Below are positions 54,645 to 64,000 of a DNA stretch of 64,000 nucleotides, one piece after another. Under the pieces are notes generated by a model. The model was not told the origin of the DNA, searched no databases, and worked only from the letters and a program-made list of their open reading frames with translations. This DNA is from Amoebidium appalachense (taxonomy: Eukaryota; Protista; Ichthyosporea), in assembly GCA_963693365.1 (NCBI GenBank), contig CAVNZM010000004.1, positions 9,886,468-9,950,467 of the forward strand, read 5' to 3'. The position numbers and the translations under genes are program-made. Numbering within the stretch: position 1 is the first letter of the stretch; each line of letters begins with the position of its first letter.

Positions 54645-57600
54645 TGTGTGTGTGTCTGTGTGTGTGCGTGAGTCACTGTGTGAGTGTGCGTATGTGCGCA
54701 TGTGCGCGTGTGTGCGTGTGCGTGTGTGCGTGTGCGTGTGTACACATGTGTGTGCGGGCGTGTGTGTGTGTGTGTTGTAGTTCACGGTGTGTATCTGTCG
54801 GTGTCGATTGAATACAGCATGGGTGCGTGCACACGTGCATGTGTCATACGCATACCTGCACTATGTGCAGCGCGTCCTGCAGCTGATTTGTTTGCGTGCT
54901 ATGATAGGCAAGTAGGTGTACGGTGACAGCTGCTGTTGGTGAGCGACAATGTAATTACATGTTATATGTGATTGAGTTTCGAATCTTGTTTGTCGTGTGT
55001 CACTCTTAATTACAGTCGAAACCGTGGCTAGTACATGGGAGCTAAAGAGTCTACTGATAACCCCTAAAATCCGTTTTTTTGTGTGCAAGTTGCACCAGGG
55101 GCTTCGTTCTTGTAAATGATTGTTTGTGTGTTAGGTGTTTGTGTGCATATCTGTGTGTGGACGTGTAAGGCTTGAATTTGGATGTTGTATGTGCTGTAGT
55201 GTTCTGGAGACATCAGAATTTCCGAGTGACACTTAGCAATATACGCCCGGTAGTGTTTGGCACACCCGCACTTTCAATTTGGCTGAGCCCATTTTGAAAG
55301 ATGTCGTTCCTTACGCTGGCTAGTACCCACACCCTACCAGCCCGCCCCAATTGCAGATACACCCACCGCAAAACAGAATGCAACCCCAGCCACACATCCA
55401 GACACACAGCAGCCACCAAAACCCTACACGACATGGGGAACCACATACACCCCACCACTCTCAACCCCACAGCACCACCACACCACGTTAGACCCCCGTC
55501 AGCAGACATGTGAAATTTCGGACACGGACCCCCCCCATAGCTAAACCACAACTAGCTAGAACCAAACCCCCCCGCAACTCTTGTAAATAGCATAGTCCGA
55601 TCGTTCTGCCATGTCTGTCTGACGGGCTCAGTCTAGAACCTAAGTATATAGTTCCCATGGGGCTGGTACCCACCACTAGCTAGACGGCGGTACTGAATAA
55701 GATTTTGAATAAAAAGGTTCAATAACAAAAAACTTAGGCTGGCTAGATAGATCTGTTGATGCTTTTTTGCGGAATTCTAATAATGTAACCCCCTTTCAAC
55801 CTGCAACAACGCATACACCGTTCGACTAATATTAGTCTCCTCTTGTTAAACACTTTCCCTTAAGTTACCGCATGAATGCTGTCCCATATACAACACTACC
55901 CCCCCCCCCCCCTGCTATCCCCACCACCACCACCACCCCTTCTTCTCTTTTACGTTGCCCCCCCCCCCCCCCCCCCCCCCTCTCGTACTCTGCAACACAT
56001 TCTAACCTTCCTCCTTTCTTCCCCCCTCCCCTCCCCCGCTCCCCCCACTTCTCCTCCCCCCAACCACCACCCACGCCTTATCTCCCACCTGGTGCCGACA
56101 GAAAGGAGCTTGCTCGTGCAGAGTCAGATGTGTCGGAGGAAATATCCCACCTTAAACATAAACACCAAAAGGAAATGAGGCAAATGGAATTGAGGCTGGC
56201 AGATCAGAAGACAGATCTGACGATCACACGAAGATCGACGGAGAAGAAAATGGTTGTAGATGTGGAGAGATTGAAGGCGGAGGTGGAGGGTATGTGGGTG
56301 TGAGTGGGGGGAGGGGGGGGGGGGATAGGGGAAAGGGGAGGGATGTGTGTGTGGTGTGTGTGTGTGTGTATGGGGGTGGGGAGGGGGTGGGGGGAGGGGA
56401 AGCGGAGGGATGTATTGTGGTGTGTGTGTGTGTGTGTGTGTGTGTGGGCGTGCGTGCGTGGGGAGGGAGAGGGTGAGTGCGTCTGAGTGTGTGTGTTTGT
56501 GTTTGTGTTTGCGTGCGCGTTGTAGAGGGTACGGGACGGAAGGGGAGGGTGGGAGGCCTTGAGAGAGGGGCGGGTTAATGGAAGCAGGTGGAGGGTGGGG
56601 AGAGGAAGGAAACGTTTGTGCATGTGTGCCTGAACATCATACGATCTGTATGCATGCGTGGTACAGTGCATGTGAAGGTGTGTGTGTGTGTCTGTACATG
56701 TGTACTTTTGATACCGTGCGTGGCCACGAATGTGTTTTTATGGTGTGCCTGCACACGTGGCCATGCTGTAGCAATTGTATTTTATAAACGAAGGGAGATA
56801 TCTACACAAAGAATTACAGTAACGTAACTGGTGCTCACGTGTCAGTTTGCCTACGGAAGGCTTGCTATTGGCCAGGGGGTGGTGGTAATGTGTTGAGGGG
56901 GGAAGGGGGGAGGGGGGGGGAGGGGGGAGTAACGGCAAAGAGGAAAAGGGAGGGGTGTGTGCAAAGGTTCATTCTAGGGTTGTGTGGGAGCTCGAATATC
57001 GTGTAGGTGTTGTTGGTCATTTAGAGTGGGCGGGTTTCTTACTGCTTCTTCTGGTGGTGGTTGTGGAGGTGGGAGTACACCCAAGGAACGGCGGGGAGGG
57101 AGGAGGGGAGGCTGGGGGGGAGAAGAGGGGAAGGGGGGAGAGGGGGGAGGGCTGAAGCAGGGGAGAGGGGGAGGGGGGAAAGGGAAAATGGAGAGGGAAT
57201 GGGAGTGTGTGTGTGTGTGCGTGTGTGTGTTGGGGGGGGGGGGGGGGGGGGGGGGGGGGCTTCTGCATTGGCATGTCCCCAAATTCTTTGATTTGTACAT
57301 GCTCTCCTTAGCCCCTCCCCCCACCTCTTGGCCCCCTGCACTCCCACTCCCACCTCTCCTCACCACCAACATTGCCGTCACTTGGTTGTCTAACAGCTCA
57401 GTGAACCCGTTTTCTTTTCGTTTTACCACCCTAACGCCCAACACACACTCCTCCCCCCCTCCTTCCTCTCACACTTCTCCCTCCCTCCCTCACTTCTTCC
57501 TTATCTATTTTCTCTCACTATCTCTATCCCCTCCATCCCCCTCCCCCATCCACCCTCCATCCCGCCCCATTCTATTCCATCTCACCTCACCTCCTCATTC

Positions 57601-57667
57601 CCCACACCTCTCTACTCCAAATTCCCCCCCCCCCCCCCCCCCCCCCTTTCCCTCACCACTACTCCCT

Positions 57668-57704
<37 letters not shown>

Positions 57705-58046
57705 ACTCTCTCTCTCCCTCTCTCTCCCCTCCCCCCCCCCCCCCCCTCCACCCACCCACCCATCCTCCACCCCGCCTTATCCCATTCCATCCTACCTTAC
57801 CTCCTCATTCCTCACCCCTCCCGGCTTCCAAATCCCTCCTCCCCCCTGCCTGCCCCTTGATTTCACCGTGGCACCCACCCAGCCACCATCCAGAGCTCAC
57901 CCGTAGCAACATCTGGCTGCAGCGCACCCTGGCACGTGATCGTGCCCTCATCAGTGACATGCAGGCAGAGGCCTCGGCACGTGCACTGACCGTCCCATCA
58001 TCCTTCTCCTCACGGGTATATGCAAACCCCTCCCCCCCCCCTCCCC

Positions 58047-58077
<31 letters not shown>

Positions 58078-59717
58078 ACACACCTCCCCCCCACTTTGGT
58101 TCTTAGACTCGGGTTGCAGAATTCGATAAGTTAGGCAACCCGCTTAGGTTAGACCACCAGCAAATAGCCTTTTCAGGTACATATGCATGACTTTTAGCCA
58201 ATAGAAAGACCACCAACAGCCATTGACCAATCGTGTTTCAGGGTTACCCGGTGGAGGATCTGAGTGACACTGTTGCCTCCCTGCAAAAGGCAAGACGGAC
58301 GGCAGAGGCCGAATTGGAGGTGAGAATAAGTGTTTGATTCAAAACTAAAAATCTAAAAACCCTGAGAAATTGGAATACCTAGAATGATGGAGACCGTGCC
58401 TAATTTGTATTCGGGGATCAAGTTGCTGAGGCAAGCTAAGATCTCATGAGGCTTTTCAACTGCTTCAAACGAGAGATTGTGAATGGGGCCGGAGAGTGCA
58501 AAGTTTTGAACGTATGTGTGTGCACGCGAGTGTGGGTGTGAAGGAGGATAATTTGTATGTGTGTAAAACGAGGGGGGGGGGGGGGGGGGGGGCGGGTAGG
58601 GGTGGAGGAGAGGCTGTATGTGCTTTCCGCCTGCACACACAAGTCCAGCTGTGCATCTGGAATTCGGTATTCCGTTATCTTTTGTGTTCTTGAATCTCTC
58701 GGCGTTGGCTGTGCTTGGGAGTAATCTTGTAGAGAACTTAAAGCAATGGTAACTTTACCAAAGGATTCACACTATCGAAGTTATAGTATAAGCGCTGTCC
58801 ATGTAACGATGGCTAACGATGGCTTTTACTACATGAAGTCGCCATATTTCCAAGTATGGCATGCTCATTGCCGTATATGGTATGCAGGAGCTACGGTCGC
58901 AGGTTGTCATTTTGACCGGAGACAAAGAGCAGCTGCAAATGAAGATTTCTCTCCTCGAAGTGTATGTTTGCCCCCCCCCCCCCCCCCCCCCCCCCCCACC
59001 ACCACCACCATCCACCCACCCACCCACCCCTCCCTCCCCCCCACCCCACCCGCCACCCCTCCCCACCTAACCCCTCCCCATATGCTTACCCATACCCACA
59101 CAATACCATCCACCAACGTACCCCCCCCCCTCCCCCCCCCCCCCCCCCCCCCCCACCTCGCCTGTGTCTCAGGCACACACACACACTCCCCCACCCCCTC
59201 TCCCTCCTTCCTCGCTCCGCACGATCAAACGTATTATCTAACTTGTGTCCGAGAGGCTCCTTCTTTGCTTATCATTTATCTGTTTCATGACTGCCCGACT
59301 ATATTCATAATTTTTCTCCCGCAAATGTGTCACACGGTAGCACCCTAACCCCCCCCCCCTCCCCCCCCCTCCTCCTCCCTCCCCCCCCCCCCTCCCCCCC
59401 CCCCCCCCCGGAGGATGTTTTCTTTCCGTGTACCTCTACACATGACACGCATCCGAGGGTCTTTTGCCCAAGCTCACAAGCCACAAGCACTGATCACATA
59501 GGCATATATCTTGCCCGTACATGCACACACACACACGCTCGCCCGCGCGCGCACACACACACTGTGACCTTGCAGATCTCAAGGAACAACAGGAAGAGGA
59601 TGAGGATGAGATCGAAAATCTGACCAATCAGATGAGAGGATTGTCACGTGACCTGGCAGAGGCAAACACCAAGCTCGGGGGTGCCATACAGGACAAGAAG
59701 GAGGTCGGGGAGAAGAT

Positions 59718-59805
<88 letters not shown>

Positions 59806-59882
59806 GTGTGTGTGCGCGTGTGTGCGTGTGTATGTGTGTGTGTGGGTGGGTGGGTGTGTGTGTGGGTGTGTGTGGTGTGTGT

Positions 59883-59939
<57 letters not shown>

Positions 59940-61161
59940 TTGTGGTGTACGCACACGCGTATGTGTGTGTGTGCGCGCGCGCACGTACACCCGCATGTGC
60001 GGGGGAACGGAGGGGGAGGAGGGGGGTCGAGGTGGGAGGCATGCGTGCACCGCGCATGCCTGTAAGTGCATGAATGTGCACGCGTACACACGTTCTGTCT
60101 TAACACTTGGTTGGCTTGGTTTGGGCTGTGGCGGTGCAGAAAGAATGTCACTCTCGTGGGCACCGTGGGGGCTAATATGATTGGCTGCGTTTTTAGTAGA
60201 CTCGAGGGTCCTATCAGATTTGCTCGTTCTTTCCCCTCTGGGTTCTCAGAACTTTACCCCCCCCCCCCCCCCTCCCGTCCCCGTGTTGTTCGTCGTGAAT
60301 GTGTACGGTCTTTTCTGTAACACATTCTGAACCTCCTCCCCGGCCCCCCCCCCCTCCCCCCCCCTCTCCCCTCCCCCCCCCCCTCTCGCCCCCCCCTCCC
60401 CCCCCCCCCTCCCCTGCTCCTCCTCCCACCTTTCCACACTTCCCTTGATACAGGCTACTGTCCAGCAAGAGCTCTCAGCACTGCGCCAGACCCACCAACA
60501 GCTGCTGGCAACCACAGTCCCTCGATCGAATCTGGATGTGACTGAACTGAGGGTCAAGACTGAAACGAAGGAGAAGGAGCTGGCACGCATGGCTCTCAAC
60601 AGGGCAAATGAGAAAAGTATTTGAGCCATTCTAACCAAAACTCCCACCAAATAAAACAAAATAAACATAAAAAATAGAGCGTAAAATGGAACCCCCCTCC
60701 CCCGTTCCTCCCCCTCCCCCCCCCCCTCTTTCCCCTCCCCGCAATCTCTCCCTCCCACCCACCCTGCCTCCTCTCCCCTCCCCCTCCCACCACTCCCCCC
60801 CCCCCCCCCCCCCCCCCCCCCCGCGCGGCGCCATTGTTCCCCCCAAAATATGAAAAATAAACGAAGGAAAAAGAGATAATGATTATAGTCATTTAAAAGG
60901 GTAAAATGAGAAAACACAAAGTGACTAAGGTTTTTTTTAACACCGGTATCATCTGCGCAACCGGTGTAATCGGTGTAATCGGTGTAATCGGTCAGTGATC
61001 TAACGGGGGAGTATTTGGCAGCCATATGGGTCGAGAAGCAGATTGCGGCCGGACAGGAGAAGGTGTCTTATGTGCGGGCATCAGAGAGCAAGACGCAATC
61101 TTGCCTGGGGACGGCCCAGTCAAAGATTCACCAGCTTACTGCCGATTGTGAATCTTTGGTT

Positions 61162-61208
<47 letters not shown>

Positions 61209-61867
61209 TCCACCCACCCACACCCCCAAAGACACACACATAGACACTTACACCCCCGTACACACACGAACACAAACAAACACACAGCACCCGTATTACA
61301 GGCACATGCACAAAAAAGAACATAAACTTACTCGAGTCCACCCATGCATTTAAGTACATGGCCTACCACACTCACTCGTGCAAGCACACAGATACACACA
61401 CAAACACTACGGACACGCACACGACACTACCATGGAAAGGTACTTAGACAGTCACAAATCCCTTAAGCTCTGTGCCTACGGCTCTAAATAATCCATTGAG
61501 CTCTCGAAATCTTCTAACCCCGCCCTCTCACCCGCAACTCACCACGTACAGCCTTGCATGCACACATCAACTCTAAACCTTAAAAAGCGTCACTTGGGAT
61601 AGCTAAGCCAGTCTTAAGGCATGTGAACCTGAAAAATTTCCGTTTTTATCCCACACTTAAACATTCCCTACAGATTATGAAAGAGAAAATATTAAACATT
61701 CTCACAAGGACTCCTCCAATCCTTTGTGCACGCAGAATTCCCAGCTGTCAAAGGTCCAAAGAAGGTGTAAAGAGCTTGAGAGGGAGGAAGAGAGGTTACG
61801 TGTGGTGAAGAAAGAGGCAAGGCCAGACCTTAAGGGTGCTTATGAACGCATCAACTTATTGAAAACA
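54150..61867 (+). CDS. Uncharacterised coiled-coil protein, at least 9 exons; terminal exon(s) probably in 62423-62817, unresolved
   Basis: Exons 54150-54262, 56102-56289, 57894-58015, 58242-58319, 58888-~58960, ~59576-59703, 60454-60616, 61022-61158, 61736-61867 encode heptad-rich E/K/R/L/Q sequence (e.g. [52 protein letters not shown]). Phases match at every junction except exon 5/6. No domain recognised. Confidence 0.7.
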
Positions 61868-62681
61868 GTATGTATATCAGCACCCCTCCCCCCCCCCCCC
61901 CCATCCCTCCCCCCTCCCTCCCCGTGTGCTTCGTGCTATATAACGTGTTCTACCCCCTTCTCCACCCCCCACCCCTCTCCCCGGCCCTTTTACCTCCCCC
62001 CCCCCCCCTCCCCCCCCCCCCCCCTTCTCTCTCTCCCAGGGGCCTCACTCGTGCATACACATCTGAGATTGAACAAGGGGATTGAAATGAGTTGGGTTCG
62101 TCAACAGGGAGTAATGTGAGGAAGGAGAGAGTCCTGTGTTCTGTGGTTTCCAATAGGTTTCCTGCTTTTTCAAAGATTTGACCACGGGCTGGGGTGGGGT
62201 GCAATCGTGGTGGTGGTGGCGAGGTTTTTAGGGATGGGGTGGGGTGGGGGGGGGGGGGGGGGGGGAGGGGAGAGGGGGGATGGGGGGGGGGGGGGGGGGG
62301 AGGGAAGGGGGGCATGCTGTGTATCTGTTGGGCTGGGTGAGATTTTTTGGGCAAGAGAGGGGCCTTCTATGTTAAACACGAAGCGATGGGGGTCCCGACA
62401 GACTATTATCTTGTGCTTCTAGGAAAGTGCCGTCTCTGAGGATGATGGAGAGAGGAGGGCGGGGAGGGGGGGGGAAGAGGAGGGGGGGGGAGGGGGGGGG
62501 GGGGGGGCAAATGAAGCCCCAAACATCCCCCCCCCCCCCCCCCCCCCCTCCCCTTCACAGAGGAAAAAAGAAAAGGAACAAAAAGAAGAAGACGGAGAAT
62601 AATAGGATGACATGGCATATCGTATCGATCGACTGATGTCTCTTATCCCCCCCCCCCCCCCCCCCCCCCCCCTTCCCCCAG

Positions 62682-62759
<78 letters not shown>

Positions 62760-64000
62760 CTTTATGGAACTACCTGGAACTGCCGCTGGGGATGAACTCT
62801 CGTTTAAGAAAGACTAGGGTGGTAACGACATAAAATGGCGGATATGTGAGGGGATGGGTAAAAGCAAAATGGGTGGGGAATAGAACATGTTGGTGGGGAG
62901 AGTGGAGAGGAATAGTGTGTGCGGGGGAGCGTGTGTCCACGCGGGTGTATTTGTGTTTCTGTAAGTGGTGGGTCGGAGGTGGTTGTGGTGGAAGGAACTC
63001 TATCGTGAGCAATAGAGACCTAACGAGAGAGCGTTTTTTTTTTTTTTTTTTTTTTGTAGTGGGGTGCGGTGGGGGTCGTGGTTTTGGTGGTGGGTGGTGG
63101 TGGGTGGTGGTGGTGGTGGTGGTGGTGGGGGGGGGGGGGGGGGGGGGGGGGGGGAGGGTTGGTTGGTTGGGGAGGGGGAGGGGAGGGGTGGTGGGGGAGA
63201 GAATTTCTTTTTTTTTTTTCTTTTTCATCTCCCCCTCCCCCCCCCCCCCCCCCCCCCTTCCCCTCTGTTGTTGGGCCTTTAGGGGAGGGAGGGAGGGAGG
63301 GAGGGAGGGAGGGAGGGGGGGGGGAGGGAGGGGGGGGGGGGGGGAGATATGAGACCCAAATGACTTACTGCTAAGTCAGAAAACCACATAGTAAGTGCCA
63401 AAAAACAATTTGCAAGTGTAACATTACATTTTTCTCTGCTCGGTGAAAAATTATTTTTTTTCTTAAATCTAAAGCCACTAATTAGCTGCTCACGGTCCCA
63501 GCTTAGAAAAAAATCCCAAGGAGTCAAGTAGTGGTGGCCAGTGGCAGCCTGCAGGTTTCAACCAATATGTATGTATATAATATAAAGTTTTTTAAGTGTA
63601 AGTTTATATACATATCCTACATAGCTATTCGTAAACATTTAACCTATGTATGTAGATACTATAAAGGAGTGTAACTTAAAGTTTATATACACATATCAGG
63701 GTACATAGCTATTCGTAAACACTTAAACTTTGGCATGTGACAGAAGCGCAATGCCCGATGTAAAGTAGCTGAAGCAAGACAAGTACATAAAAAATTAATA
63801 TCACGAATTAGTATTACATTAACTAGCGCCCAACAGTCAGCAGTCAGAAGGAACAGAACTTTAGAAACCCCATGTAAATCATAGTAGCAAGAGCACGACA
63901 TGATTTTAAATTGAATTAGCCTAATATAGCAACAATGTATTATAAGTGGTTGGTCGAGCCAGTGTGCCGCCTTCAAACTAGGAGCCCCCTATGTACAGTA

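Noticed and set aside
60962-60993. (CGGTGTAAT)3 giving a TDY repeat in a minus-strand ORF
   Set aside because: Short intronic tandem repeat; the ORF is antisense to the coiled-coil gene.
63599-63730. Imperfect ~50-bp direct repeat (AAGTTTATATACA...TACATAGCTATTCGTAAACA)
   Set aside because: Ordinary degenerate AT-rich duplication near the window edge; no element boundaries can be defined.

Overview
Eukaryotic, intron-rich genomic DNA, packed with poly-G/poly-C runs and (CA/TG)n and (GA/CT)n microsatellites; almost all ORF-track entries are shadows of these repeats. By manual splicing at GT-AG sites I reconstruct eight protein genes: an 8-exon phosphatidylinositol synthase (+), an intronless APC-family amino-acid permease (-), a 3-exon unknown protein (+), a 3-exon single-C2-domain protein (+), an F-box/LRR protein (+), a 6-exon ZCCHC17/pNO40 orthologue (-), a 4-exon C20orf27/ADISSP homologue (+) and a multi-exon coiled-coil protein (+, 3' end uncertain). 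Gene content and GTATGT/GTACGT donors suggest a unicellular opisthokont, possibly an ichthyosporean-like holozoan (inference only). Best second-look items: a dispersed ~300-bp element found only in introns, always sense to the host transcript, with a C/D-box-like core; a 32-bp TIR-only element with an 8-bp TSD; a TTAA-flanked Kolobok-like MITE sitting inside a palindrome; microsatellites or homopolymers where polypyrimidine tracts are expected; and two long intron-free coding blocks that may be foreign. No tRNA, rRNA or CRISPR array was found, and no clearly novel multi-gene system can be claimed from sequence alone.
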